A stretch of DNA of 64,000 nucleotides from a plasmid: the sequence record NZ_CP118109.1. One strand, given 5' to 3'. Position 1 is the stretch's first letter. Each line of letters opens with the position of its first letter. Positions 1-9,804 of this stretch are shown here, one piece after another. The notes beneath the pieces are model-generated. The model had not been told where the DNA came from and searched no databases. It saw nothing but the letters and a program-made list of their open reading frames with translations. Made by a program: the position numbers and the translations under genes.

Positions 1-84
1 ACTATAAATAGGCTTTTGGCCAAGCGCGGGCTCCCAACTCGGGAGTATAGCAGTACCATACTATATTTAAAGGAGTGTCATATC

Positions 85-294
85 ATGGATAATAAACAGA
101 TCATCAGATATTTTATGAAGCCTATTCAGAATAACTTTGCTTTGGTTGTCGCTACTCGGAGTAAAGGAGATATCATTATCGAGGAAGGCCCTAAGCCTTT
201 CGTGAAAGGGAAGTATACTTTCTATTCCCGTGATCGCCAGGCTCTCGAAAATAAAGTAGAGGAGGTGCTGTCATTAGAGACTGCTCACTCCTAA
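85..294 (+). CDS. hypothetical protein (69 aa; start moved to ATG after AAGGAG RBS)
   Basis: ORF track 16..294; RBS aaggag at 70-75; no recognisable motif. Confidence 0.4.
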   Translation: MDNKQIIRYFMKPIQNNFALVVATRSKGDIIIEEGPKPFVKGKYTFYSRDRQALENKVEEVLSLETAHS

Positions 295-691
295 AGATTC
301 GTTTCCCTATATGGGATAACTAAACCATTGCATAGGGTTTTAAAGGTTTTATGCTCTGCCTCATTTGGACAGACCTCTCCCAAAGGCCGATTATTTATGT
401 ATCTTACTAATGAATGTTACTCTCAATAGAATGAACTGACGATTCTATACGATAGCTCATTCTATTAAAGGTAGCTGCCGTTTTTGCTCCACCTTTTTAT
501 TTTTCTATCTACATCAGAAGTAAGCTAACTCTTGAATTGAATGTAATCTATCTATTCTTAAGTAAGCTTGCTTCTATATATAAAGAATTACCGGAAAACA
601 TAGGGTATATACACCCAATCCTAAAACGTTCACAAATTGTACACATACTGTTCGTGTAATGTTCTATTCCAGTGGAGGGAGGCTAACTAAA

Positions 692-811
692 TTGACTGTT
701 TTCGGTATCGTGCTTGGTATCTATGTAGCATGCCATTTAATCGGTGACTATCGCAAAATCCGTCGTTTTGTACTAAAATGTAAGGCAATACAACAAAAAT
801 ATATGAATTGA
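692..811 (+). CDS. small hydrophobic protein (39 aa, TTG start)
   Basis: GGAGGGAGG RBS 8 nt upstream of TTG; single predicted TM helix; below ORF-track size cutoff. Confidence 0.3.
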   Translation: MTVFGIVLGIYVACHLIGDYRKIRRFVLKCKAIQQKYMN

Positions 812-825
812 GGAGACATTTTTCG

Positions 826-1353
826 ATGTATCTTGTACAATACAGAGACGACACCAACTATAGCGAACTTAAAGTGCAGTACTGCAAGGATCCATTAGAC
901 GTAGAGAAGATGTGGAATCTGGATGATTCGGCCATATCTATCGTGGATGTTATTGAAGTGGATGAATACTTCAGACTTGTTGTAGCCGGGTCACGCGACT
1001 TCGATGATTACGCACTGCTTAGCAGACATTTGGATCATCTCTTGCAACACAAGAAGAACATCGTGATTGTTTCAGGAAATGCTATAGGTGCAGACATGCT
1101 AGGAGAGCGATATGCCAATGAAAGAGGATACTTTATAGATACATACATCCCTAATTGGCGCCCTAGGGGTCCGAGAGGTCCTGTTGATCGTTCTGCTGGA
1201 CATAGGCGAAATGCTGATATGGCCGATAATGGCGATGCTCTTGTGGCCTTCTGGGATAGCATTAGCAAAGGAACAGCAGGCATGATTAATATCGCTAAGA
1301 ATAAAGGATTACAGGTTCGTGTAATACATTACAATAAAGAAGGTGTCGTATGA
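826..1353 (+). CDS. SLOG-superfamily Rossmann protein (DUF2493/YspA-like)
   Basis: Motifs VVAGSRDFDDY and IVIVSGNAIGADMLGERYA typical of DUF2493 SLOG proteins common in phages; AGGAGA RBS 9 nt upstream of ATG 826. Confidence 0.45.
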   Translation: MYLVQYRDDTNYSELKVQYCKDPLDVEKMWNLDDSAISIVDVIEVDEYFRLVVAGSRDFDDYALLSRHLDHLLQHKKNIVIVSGNAIGADMLGERYANERGYFIDTYIPNWRPRGPRGPVDRSAGHRRNADMADNGDALVAFWDSISKGTAGMINIAKNKGLQVRVIHYNKEGVV

Positions 1354-1835
1354 ATAACAACCTTAAAGAATGGCTGAGATCACGCCCTTCGGGCTATCCT
1401 GAACTTTCTCATGATTTCCACGTTAAATTCCAAGCTGGTCTTGGAATATTCGCTACATATGTATCAGAAGATTTCTTTGATATTCAAGAGCAGCCAATGG
1501 ATCGAATGGATGTTTCTAATCAAGATGGATATTATTATTCTATCCCTTACTTTCATGGTGATTCGTTTTCTTCACACAGTGGCGAAATACCTCTACTTTA
1601 TGTACTTAGAGTCAAAGATCGTGGGTTTTTCTACCCGCTTCGATTCGACTTTAATGCGACAGTAGTCGAGCGTGATCGTGTCGATTTTTGGATCAAGGTC
1701 TATGATCAGACAGGTTCTCGTACTACGAGTCGAGAACTGGCGTATCATGAGAAGGGTGTAAATTATACGATGATACCCGACCATGACAAAATGAAGCTTT
1801 CTGACTTTATTAAGGAGGTGGAGCCTGGTGGATGA
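1350..1835 (+). CDS. hypothetical protein
   Basis: ORF track; ATGA start/stop overlap with upstream gene. Confidence 0.5.
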   Translation: MNNNLKEWLRSRPSGYPELSHDFHVKFQAGLGIFATYVSEDFFDIQEQPMDRMDVSNQDGYYYSIPYFHGDSFSSHSGEIPLLYVLRVKDRGFFYPLRFDFNATVVERDRVDFWIKVYDQTGSRTTSRELAYHEKGVNYTMIPDHDKMKLSDFIKEVEPGG

Positions 1836-2052
1836 GAATCTTTATCTTATTGATTCCCTGGCTTATCAAATTAACGGTAAGAGTGGATTGCTTCTTGGAC
1901 ATATGATGGCCACACATCAGCATATTGCAAGATCTGAAGCTGTTCATCAAGCGAATAAGAGGGAAGCCAAGGATCCCAAGCTTAACCGTGCCAACTATAG
2001 AAATGCCGTTCGTAATGTACTTGAGGATCGTCGCACTAGACGTTTCAAATAA
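1828..2052 (+). CDS. hypothetical basic protein
   Basis: ORF track; GTG/ATG start overlapping previous stop; followed by intrinsic terminator. Confidence 0.4.
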   Translation: MDENLYLIDSLAYQINGKSGLLLGHMMATHQHIARSEAVHQANKREAKDPKLNRANYRNAVRNVLEDRRTRRFK

Positions 2053-2080
2053 GCAGTCTAACGACTGCGGGGGCTTTTTG
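2053..2080 (+). terminator. intrinsic terminator (GCAGTC-TAAC-GACTGC hairpin + GGGGGCTTTTTG)
   Basis: 6-bp stem, TAAC loop, U-tract; same GGGGCTTTTTG tail as terminators at 21137, 32306, 47020. Confidence 0.7.
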
Positions 2081-2118
2081 AAGTTAAATAATAAAACATA
2101 CTTTGGAGGAATTTAATC

Positions 2119-2481
2119 ATGCAAGCTAACATCACAATCAAAGGTCTATCTATCCATGTCGTTAACCCAGTAGAGGGTTCAGATAAAGAGAGTCAATTTA
2201 ATCTTAAAACCGATGAAATCTCTGTATCTCTGAAAGAAGCAACGGTCGAAAACATTGGCGATACTTTCAAATCAGTTATCCAAGAGCAAATTAAAGAAGC
2301 TAAGAAAGCTAAGCTTCAAGAGCTTAAAGAAATGATGTTGCATTCTCACAAAGAGGAGAGCTTTGATCCATTCAAAATACCTGGTTTAAATGGGCATATC
2401 ATTGTTGGCGGAAACATTGATGATATACCCAAGGAAATCTTTGACCAGCTTCCAGATTTCATCAAAAATAGCTTTAAGTAA
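2119..2481 (+). CDS. hypothetical protein
   Basis: ORF track; GGAGGA RBS. Confidence 0.5.
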   Translation: MQANITIKGLSIHVVNPVEGSDKESQFNLKTDEISVSLKEATVENIGDTFKSVIQEQIKEAKKAKLQELKEMMLHSHKEESFDPFKIPGLNGHIIVGGNIDDIPKEIFDQLPDFIKNSFK

Positions 2482-2774
2482 TTCGTCTTGCCGGGGAAGC
2501 AACCCCTGGCTCCATGCCGTGATGGACTCTAAATAAGACACGGGTAAGAGATTCTAGTTGCTACTAAATACTATATATGAAATACGATTTAGACCCATAT
2601 CATATGATGTGGGTCTTTTTCTATTTCTTGAATGCTTAAATCATATGTAGTATGGAATATGTCGTATTAAGTATGTAAAATCAAAAAATTTGTTGATAGA
2701 TTTGGTGATCCAAATATTTTGAGTTATCAAATGTTTCAGCAAATATCATTATTTTATATAGGAGGTCGCTTAAG

Positions 2775-3290
2775 ATGAGTGGCACAAAAGGAAAGAAAGA
2801 ATTTGACAGTTTGCGCATTGAAATGTGGGTATCCGGCACTGCTAACACCAACAAGGATGGAGGCTATTGTGTCATGCTTCATTCTGCTATGGGTGGCCAG
2901 CATTATAAAAAAACTCTTGGTGGATATGGCAAGGATACAACTGTAACTCGAATGACGCTTAAAGCAGTTCTTGAGGGACTTAAAGAAATAAAGAAAAAAG
3001 CCTTTGTCCATATCTATACCGGCATTCCACAAGTCAGTGCGGGTCTAAATAAGCTGATTCATCAATGGGCTAAGAATGATTTCAAGAAAGCTAATGGCGA
3101 TCAGCTCAAACATGAGGATTTATGGCGTCAAATTCATGCTCTTTTGGAGTCAAAGACTATAAGCTATAAAGTCCATTATATGGCCGATAGCCCAGCTCCA
3201 GAGAATAATATCGAAGCTATTCATATCTCAAGTGAATATGCAATGAAAGCAAAACAAACGATATATGAAACAGCAATCGCTGTGTCATAA
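2775..3290 (+). CDS. RNase H-like fold protein with substituted catalytic residues
   Basis: By-eye alignment to E. coli RNase HI: GGY, TRMTL-AV, VHIYTG-QV, W--NDFKK-D-LW all align. The DEDD positions read S/T/G/non-acidic instead. Confidence 0.45.
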   Translation: MSGTKGKKEFDSLRIEMWVSGTANTNKDGGYCVMLHSAMGGQHYKKTLGGYGKDTTVTRMTLKAVLEGLKEIKKKAFVHIYTGIPQVSAGLNKLIHQWAKNDFKKANGDQLKHEDLWRQIHALLESKTISYKVHYMADSPAPENNIEAIHISSEYAMKAKQTIYETAIAVS

Positions 3291-3303
3291 GAAGGAGGAT
3301 ATC

Positions 3304-3525
3304 ATGCTACCGCAAGATAAGAATCGCCCAGGTTGGGCAAGAATCGATGCTCGTGTTGAGTTTGTTTATTTAGGCAAAAAGTATTTAGGTGTAGTGGAAG
3401 ATACCAGTTATACATTCTGCACATTCAAGAACATTATTGATCTTAGAAAGAACAAACCTGCAACTATTCCAAATACGATTGCGTTTGCTTATATTCAGAA
3501 TCCAATTGTCAGGACGGTGATCTGA
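3304..3525 (+). CDS. hypothetical protein
   Basis: AGGAGG RBS 3291-3296; ORF track 3265..3525 trimmed to RBS-supported ATG. Confidence 0.45.
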   Translation: MLPQDKNRPGWARIDARVEFVYLGKKYLGVVEDTSYTFCTFKNIIDLRKNKPATIPNTIAFAYIQNPIVRTVI

Positions 3526-3782
3526 TGAAAAGATCATTCATGGATATTATCGGACCTGGCTTGGATTTTATTGCAGATCGTTTCATGCTTTGCTTATTAA
3601 CGGCTGCCATTCTGGCTTCACTAGCTATTTTATTAGAACCCTTCGGCATTTTTATTATTCTTGCTGCCGCTGCTTTGTTTACATTTTATATTAGATGGGA
3701 TCTCCGAAGACAAAGTATTGAAGAGATCATTATTGAGGAGGAAGAGATTCAATGGGAAGACAAATCAAAACGACATGCTTAA
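3525..3782 (+). CDS. small membrane protein (2 TM)
   Basis: Hydrophobic segments; ATGA overlap coupling. Confidence 0.5.
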   Translation: MKRSFMDIIGPGLDFIADRFMLCLLTAAILASLAILLEPFGIFIILAAAALFTFYIRWDLRRQSIEEIIIEEEEIQWEDKSKRHA

Positions 3783-4213
3783 AATGTAACGAGACTGTAA
3801 CACTAGACTTTGGTGATGCAAACTATTCTCAAGCTTTAAAGATGGCAGAAAAGCTAGATAGGCGTGCTATGGAATGCCCTGGCTTTCATGTGGAAATCGG
3901 TGGCTGGAATAAATATTGGCAACTAAATCGCATTATTGAGGAAGCATATACTGAGGAAGAAAAGGATATATGTCGTGATATTGTAAGGCGTATCACAATT
4001 CAAATACTCGATGGCAAATATTTAGAGAAGGAACATGAGTTTGGAACTGAGAAAGAGACCGGATTATTCCTTCAAGGCCTTATAGATGGCGGACTAAAAG
4101 AAGATTCCCGCGTTCATGTAAGGCATTACAATTACTTTAAAGAAGAACTCGGAGATTATGAGGCTCCAGCGAAAACAGCACTCACTTATTTAAGCGGAAG
4201 CCATCTGTGTTGA
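3752..4213 (+). CDS. hypothetical protein
   Basis: GAGGAGG RBS; ORF track. Confidence 0.5.
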   Translation: MGRQIKTTCLKCNETVTLDFGDANYSQALKMAEKLDRRAMECPGFHVEIGGWNKYWQLNRIIEEAYTEEEKDICRDIVRRITIQILDGKYLEKEHEFGTEKETGLFLQGLIDGGLKEDSRVHVRHYNYFKEELGDYEAPAKTALTYLSGSHLC

Positions 4214-4267
4214 TCGTCGCTAACGCTCCCATGGCCTTATAGAATTAACATTACGGAGGGAATACTT

Positions 4268-4549
4268 ATGCTTATGAATATTGTAAATAAAATCGTTAAT
4301 GCAGGCACTATGAATACTATAACAGAGGCGATTAAGCCTCTTACATCCATGCAGAGGTATGAAGCACTGCGCGCAGCTTCTGAGGCACTTTCTGATGAAG
4401 TAGAATCTCAACTTACTTCTAAGAATACGCTTCTTGCTATGTGGACTATGTCAAAGCTTGCTATTATTGATGATCTGGCACTTCAGGAAGAACGTAAAGC
4501 ACATAACGTTTTGCAATATGAGCGTATCAAGGAAGAAGTAGCATTATGA
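4268..4549 (+). CDS. hypothetical protein
   Basis: GGAGGG RBS; ORF track. Confidence 0.5.
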   Translation: MLMNIVNKIVNAGTMNTITEAIKPLTSMQRYEALRAASEALSDEVESQLTSKNTLLAMWTMSKLAIIDDLALQEERKAHNVLQYERIKEEVAL

Positions 4550-4692
4550 TTTGGTATTTTATATTCGGATTCTTTGTTCTGATAGGGCAGTTTTGGCTAC
4601 TGCCCGCTGTTGTTTTATTCGCATTGATCAATCACTTTTGGAATACTCAAGTAAAGCTACCTAAATCTAAAAATAATTGGAGGAAATTATAA
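4546..4692 (+). CDS. small hydrophobic peptide (48 aa)
   Basis: ATG overlaps upstream TGA (ATGA); translated by hand MIWYFIFGFFVLIGQFWLLPAVVLFALINHFWNTQVKLPKSKNNWRKL; stop abuts next start. Confidence 0.35.
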   Translation: MIWYFIFGFFVLIGQFWLLPAVVLFALINHFWNTQVKLPKSKNNWRKL

Positions 4693-5699
4693 TGTTAGAT
4701 AAAATTAAAAGCGATATTCAAAACGCAATCTCTGTTGAAGTAGGCATGATGACTGGTAATGGTACTTATCCTGTTATCGTTCAAGATATTTCTGAGGGAT
4801 CCATTACAAAAGGATGGTCGTTAACTTATTACCCTCGGTTGCTCAATACTAATGGCCCAGAGCGCTTATATGACGGAAGAGAAGCTTTCTCTACACTCCG
4901 AATTGCTAATTTCAGCTCCCTTTATCAAGCCATTATGGGCATTGACCAGCGATTTCTGAATGGCGATTCTGTTGAGATTGGCGCAAATAATCGTAAGCGT
5001 GCCACTTATGAACTCAATGGAGCTCGTTTCTCTGCTGTTGAGTATGAAAATAGTGTATCCATTTCACTCACAATTACTCATGATAAATCTCCTCTACATA
5101 TGCTTAACATCAATTTTCGAGTAGTGGATAGCAACAAAGCACCAGGTAGTCGCTATTTAATCGGCATGGAGGACCATTGGGATCGCAATACAGATGTATT
5201 TACTGAAGAAAATGCTTCACTCACACCGAAAAAACGACGCATGCTTCAGGTTCACCAAGATAGGGCTAATGGACAAGTAACGCCTTACATTAAGACGATA
5301 GCACAACAAGGAAATCTTCCGAATACTTCGTTTGTTCATCCGGATGTGTCCCCATTCGAATACGTGCAGGATGTTCGAAATAAGTACAAGGCACTTGCCT
5401 ACATTCAAGAGCAAACCATTATAGAAATTGCAATGGAAAAAGCTCTTCAAATTGTGAATCAGCAATCGAATCAGCGGTCTCAGCATCAATCTTTTGGCTT
5501 TGGATCCCAAACATTCGGCTCTCAGCCTCCTGCTTTTAGCGCTCAGCATCCTTTTGCAGCTCAACCACTCTTTGGTCAGCAGTCGTCTTCGCAAGCGCCA
5601 CAGGCTCAACCACAAGGCTCTGCATCCCCAAATAGCTTTCAGGCGCAGTCTATGCAGTGGGGTGCTCCGGTTGATTCTGCAGGAAAGCAAATTTTCTAA
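4692..5699 (+). CDS. hypothetical protein with Q/S/F-rich disordered C-terminal tail
   Basis: GGAGGA RBS 4678-4683; ORF track frame; low-complexity tail FGFGSQTFGSQPP... Confidence 0.5.
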   Translation: MLDKIKSDIQNAISVEVGMMTGNGTYPVIVQDISEGSITKGWSLTYYPRLLNTNGPERLYDGREAFSTLRIANFSSLYQAIMGIDQRFLNGDSVEIGANNRKRATYELNGARFSAVEYENSVSISLTITHDKSPLHMLNINFRVVDSNKAPGSRYLIGMEDHWDRNTDVFTEENASLTPKKRRMLQVHQDRANGQVTPYIKTIAQQGNLPNTSFVHPDVSPFEYVQDVRNKYKALAYIQEQTIIEIAMEKALQIVNQQSNQRSQHQSFGFGSQTFGSQPPAFSAQHPFAAQPLFGQQSSSQAPQAQPQGSASPNSFQAQSMQWGAPVDSAGKQIF

Positions 5700-5828
5700 C
5701 TAGACATTGCAACTCAGGGTTCCGATGATTATTTAAAATCGGGCCTTGCATGCAGTGCCTAATTGTTTAAAATAGTATTGAACAATGGGTTAACGTGATA
5801 TAATGTAGGATAGAAGGGAGGTTTCCTC

Positions 5829-7703
5829 TTGATACAAGTGCGCAGCCAATACGATAACGTATATATTAAAATATTGGATAACATAGATACATTCGAATAT
5901 ACTTTGTCCAGAGTTCGATCTTTGCCTGGACGTGCGTTCAACATGGAAACTGGCGAGTGGATGATCTCCCGTGACAATGTTGGTGCTCTTTTGTTTAATT
6001 TTAACAATCAGATTATCTGGATGACCCCGCTTAACGAAATCGTTGCTGGATTAGACATCTATGACGAGATTGTACAGAAGCACTTACAATGGGAATCCGA
6101 AACAGAGTTCAAGAAATTTAAGCTGTTGCTATATCCATATCAAAAAGTGGGTGCAAACTTTCTTCTTGATCGAGGATCCGCTGCCGTTTTTGATGGTTGC
6201 GGTCTTGGCAAGACTCCGCAATTGATCGGCGCTTTTGAGAAAATTTTTGAACGTGGTGGCAAGCGCGGACTGATCGTCACACTTAATTCTCTTAAGAGGC
6301 AATGGGCTAAGGAAATTGAGAAGTTTACGGGTAAGCCAGCTATTCCAGTAACAGGCACATCCAAGCAGAGAGAGAAGCTCATACGTGGCTTCGCTTCACA
6401 TAAGAAGACACAATATTTGGTGATCAACTATGAAATCCTGCGGGATGAAAAACTTCGCAAACTTATTACTAGTATTCCTTTTGATGCCGTTGGATTAGAT
6501 GAGGCTCAAAAAATAAAGAATGGTGTAACAGATACCTTTTTGGATCTCAAGCCAAGCCAGATAGCTTCCGCCACTTATGAGCTAAAATATATTCCTCATC
6601 GGTTTATTGCTACTGCTACACCTATGCAGGGTAAAGCAGAAGAGGTGTGGAGTCTGTTCTACTTCGTTAATGAACATATACTCGGTGATTGGTATGCTTT
6701 TCGTGAAAGATACTGCGAGTATAGCAAGCGATATGGGATTACAGGCTACAAAGAGCTTGGAGAACTTTATTATCGCATTGCGCCTTACTTTATACGGAGA
6801 ACGAAAGAGAACCCAGAAGTACAACAGCAATTGCCTAAAGTTACAGATGATCCAATCTTCCTTGATATGACCGATAAGCAAGCACAACTTCATGATTATC
6901 TTCTGGATAAGTACATGGAAGTTAAAGAGACAGCTAAGAAGATTTCCTCTAGCCCGGATCAGTATCATTTTATCGCCGGCAAAAGCATGTCTAAAGAGGA
7001 GGCGAAGGAATATTACGATGCATTAGCTCAAGGCTATCAAATATTTATGCTGAGTGCTTGTGATTCTCCGCAGCTTCTTACAATGTCCGATTCATCCATG
7101 GCGCAAGGCATACTGAAGGATATCTCTTTGTCCGAGAAAGACCTTAAATCACCAAAGGTGGATCATATTGTTCAGTTCTATGAGCAAATGCTTTATGATG
7201 AGCCAAAGTCTAAGGTTGTTATATTCACTCAGTTTGCCCGTATGGCTGAGCTTATTCATAGCAAGCTCAAGCAATCGGTGGTATTCCATGGAAAGATGAA
7301 TGACAACGCGAAGGAATTTGCTAAAGAGCAATTCGTTAATAATCCGAACATTAAGGCCATTGTGTGTACCGATGCTGGAAGCACTGGACTGAATTTGCAG
7401 GTTGCCAACTATATGATTCATGCTGACTTGCCTTGGGATCCTACTTTAGTTGAGCAGCGGAATGGCCGCATTGATCGCACAGGCAATAAGTTTAGCAACA
7501 TCAACATCTATTATTTGATCATGAATAACGGATACGACGAGCATCTGCTGAATATTCTCGAGCGTAAATCATCGATGGCCAATACAGTTATTGATGGCGG
7601 CAAGTCAACCGCCTCATCAAAGAACATAAGCAAGCTTGCAATGGAAAACATGATCAAGGAAAGAAAAAAATCTTCTCAGGGTCTTGTAACTGTTGGAGGT
7701 TAG
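5829..7703 (+). CDS. SNF2-family (SF2) helicase
   Basis: Walker A CGLGKTPQ, DEAQ box (LDEAQKIKN), motif III ATATP, C-terminal helicase motifs QRNGRIDRTGN. Confidence 0.8.
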   Translation: MIQVRSQYDNVYIKILDNIDTFEYTLSRVRSLPGRAFNMETGEWMISRDNVGALLFNFNNQIIWMTPLNEIVAGLDIYDEIVQKHLQWESETEFKKFKLLLYPYQKVGANFLLDRGSAAVFDGCGLGKTPQLIGAFEKIFERGGKRGLIVTLNSLKRQWAKEIEKFTGKPAIPVTGTSKQREKLIRGFASHKKTQYLVINYEILRDEKLRKLITSIPFDAVGLDEAQKIKNGVTDTFLDLKPSQIASATYELKYIPHRFIATATPMQGKAEEVWSLFYFVNEHILGDWYAFRERYCEYSKRYGITGYKELGELYYRIAPYFIRRTKENPEVQQQLPKVTDDPIFLDMTDKQAQLHDYLLDKYMEVKETAKKISSSPDQYHFIAGKSMSKEEAKEYYDALAQGYQIFMLSACDSPQLLTMSDSSMAQGILKDISLSEKDLKSPKVDHIVQFYEQMLYDEPKSKVVIFTQFARMAELIHSKLKQSVVFHGKMNDNAKEFAKEQFVNNPNIKAIVCTDAGSTGLNLQVANYMIHADLPWDPTLVEQRNGRIDRTGNKFSNINIYYLIMNNGYDEHLLNILERKSSMANTVIDGGKSTASSKNISKLAMENMIKERKKSSQGLVTVGG

Positions 7704-7714
7704 GAGGAATCTTT

Positions 7715-8530
7715 ATGAAAGGAATGCCGGTTGTTGTAAAGAAGGTCCCATATTTATATGGGCCTGAAAAAGAGAAGGTTTACTTCGCTCACCAATTGAT
7801 TCACTTAGAAGCAATGGGCAGGTCAGATTATTGGGGTGAAGAATTTATTCCTGATGGAAACTATAGCTTTAAGGTCGAGCCCGATACTTTTTATAACTTG
7901 TATAATTACACCGGTCGTCTTGATCATAAGCGGGTTCACTACTATGATAAGCGCCAGAAGCGTAGAGTCTGGCGCTCTCTTTATGACCTGCATCTACAGT
8001 TTAATCAGCATGGCCAAGTGCATGTGCTTTGCAAAACAAGTGGTGTTACTAAGCAGCAGGCTAGAAAGATAATTGTCCGTGAAGTTATTAAATTTGAGAA
8101 GACTAGCTATGTTCGCAAACATATATGGCCAAAGGTTATCCATAAGCACCGATTAACTCATATATTTAAGAATTTTGGGGATCGAGGTCATTTATGGGTC
8201 TCATCTACCTGGGGAGAACCTATTGATACCATATGTGAAAAAAGGTTCGGGCGGATTACAAAATCGCCTCTTGGCATCGGCAAATTCTATACATATAAGC
8301 CGAAGTTCAAAGTAAATTTTAGTTCTTGGATAAATTCCAGCTCAAGTGATTTGAAAGGTGAGTATCAGAACCCAGACATTTCTTATATTAATTACAGTGG
8401 AGGATCATATTCGAGATCAAGTTGTCATGACAATGATTTGCTTTTAGAAATTGAAGCCCAGCTTGATCTTAATAACTTGATGAAGAAGTACCACGATCAG
8501 CAACGATACGAATCTATATTCAACACATAA
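7715..8530 (+). CDS. hypothetical protein
   Basis: ORF track; RBS GGAGGAA. Confidence 0.5.
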   Translation: MKGMPVVVKKVPYLYGPEKEKVYFAHQLIHLEAMGRSDYWGEEFIPDGNYSFKVEPDTFYNLYNYTGRLDHKRVHYYDKRQKRRVWRSLYDLHLQFNQHGQVHVLCKTSGVTKQQARKIIVREVIKFEKTSYVRKHIWPKVIHKHRLTHIFKNFGDRGHLWVSSTWGEPIDTICEKRFGRITKSPLGIGKFYTYKPKFKVNFSSWINSSSSDLKGEYQNPDISYINYSGGSYSRSSCHDNDLLLEIEAQLDLNNLMKKYHDQQRYESIFNT

Positions 8531-8573
8531 AAATTATCTCTTTTGAAATTAATGTTTATTGGGGTGAACATTC

Positions 8574-8921
8574 ATGGAATTAATGACAGCCTATCATTAT
8601 CGAGACCCCGGTGAGTTTCAGGCTTCAATCAATTTGCAGAAGGCTAAAAATGGGGATTTCATTGGCTTCTGGACTACAGAAAAGGGGTTAGTTATTCGGC
8701 CTGCCAATATGACAGATAGTCATCTTTTAAATTGTATTCGCCTAACTGAAAGAAGAGTGCAGGATATTGATCTTCGCGAGCTTGCTTCTCAAATTATGAG
8801 TAAAAAATACAGGCGCAATAAAGCTAAAAATATAAGGATGGATGTTATTGCTGAATATCTTCGCAAATCCAAAACTTATTTATTGATGATTGAAGAAGCA
8901 AAAAACAGGGGGTTGATCTAA
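8574..8921 (+). CDS. hypothetical protein
   Basis: ORF track. Confidence 0.45.
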   Translation: MELMTAYHYRDPGEFQASINLQKAKNGDFIGFWTTEKGLVIRPANMTDSHLLNCIRLTERRVQDIDLRELASQIMSKKYRRNKAKNIRMDVIAEYLRKSKTYLLMIEEAKNRGLI

Positions 8922-9262
8922 TGCCTAAAGAACAATTTTTTAATTATAGTAGTGTACTAGAAATCGCATTATCTACTCAGTCAATTAATAGCAATAATAT
9001 CCAGTATCAAGAAGAAGAATTGAAAGTTGCAAATGTCATTTTTAATAACAACTCAGTATCTGATGAGCAGCTTGATAACATTAGCTTTGAAGGCATTAAA
9101 CGACTATTCGAAGAGATTAATTATACTGCCACCCTTGAAGATGGGGAGGAGTATACTCCCAATATGCTGAGAGACAGTATTTATCAACATGTATATATGC
9201 GCGAATTTATATTTGAGCTAAAAAAGATGCAGCGAGTTCGACAACCAGTAAAATTTTTTTAA
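8921..9262 (+). CDS. hypothetical protein
   Basis: ORF track; overlap coupling. Confidence 0.45.
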   Translation: MPKEQFFNYSSVLEIALSTQSINSNNIQYQEEELKVANVIFNNNSVSDEQLDNISFEGIKRLFEEINYTATLEDGEEYTPNMLRDSIYQHVYMREFIFELKKMQRVRQPVKFF

Positions 9263-9276
9263 TAGAGGTGTGATCC

Positions 9277-9804
9277 ATGCACGAAGTTACCCCTTTGTTC
9301 GGAGCTGAAGAACGTGATTATTGGCTTAATCAATTAGATATTCTTGCACTCTTGAAAATTCGAAGGATTAATAATTTTGAAACTTCATCGGAATTTAATA
9401 ACTTAACAACTCAGCCTGGTGATGGATTAGTTCAAACATTATTTCGCCTAACTCTTCACGATCTTATATTTCCCTACGGAGCAGTATTTGGCTATTCCGA
9501 TGATGATCATGAAGATACAATTGCGAGAATCGAGTTTTATTTTCGTGAAGATTTAACAGAAACAGAATTAAAAATACTAGCTCCCATCAAAAAGAAGTTT
9601 GAAGATATTCTTGATGATATTTCAGGTTTTGATTTTGATGCCTCGTGGGAAATCGAACAAGAAGATATATTGCATATTAAATATTATTATTTTGTTGGTG
9701 TGGGGTTGGGTGCTATAAATTTTATGAACTTACTTAAAGAAATAAAGCCATATTTAACAGAAGGAGGCAATGGAAATGTCAGTCAAGATCGAGCTTCATC
9801 CTGA
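9277..9804 (+). CDS. hypothetical acidic protein
   Basis: ORF track. Confidence 0.45.
   Translation: MHEVTPLFGAEERDYWLNQLDILALLKIRRINNFETSSEFNNLTTQPGDGLVQTLFRLTLHDLIFPYGAVFGYSDDDHEDTIARIEFYFREDLTETELKILAPIKKKFEDILDDISGFDFDASWEIEQEDILHIKYYYFVGVGLGAINFMNLLKEIKPYLTEGGNGNVSQDRASS

Noticed and set aside
300-690. Possible small RNA or riboswitch in the 400-nt intergenic region with hairpins (TAGAATGA...TCATTCTA; CCCTATATGGG...ATAGGG)
   Set aside because: Hairpins are visible but no recognisable riboswitch or terminator signature; too speculative to call.
808-825. Upstream TTG/ATG starts for several genes as given by the ORF track (for example 808, 3265, 9770, 15893, 17130, 21198, 22086, 32340, 39739, 51410)
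   Set aside because: An internal ATG, GTG or TTG preceded at 6-10 nt by a GGAGG-type RBS gives a more plausible start; the track's longest-ORF starts overlap the RBS or upstream stop-free sequence.
5217-5690. 157-aa minus-strand ORF and 69-aa + ORF (5494..5703) inside gene 4692-5699
   Set aside because: Antisense or alternate frame of the Q/S-rich tail; no RBS; arginine/leucine-rich composition typical of non-coding frames.
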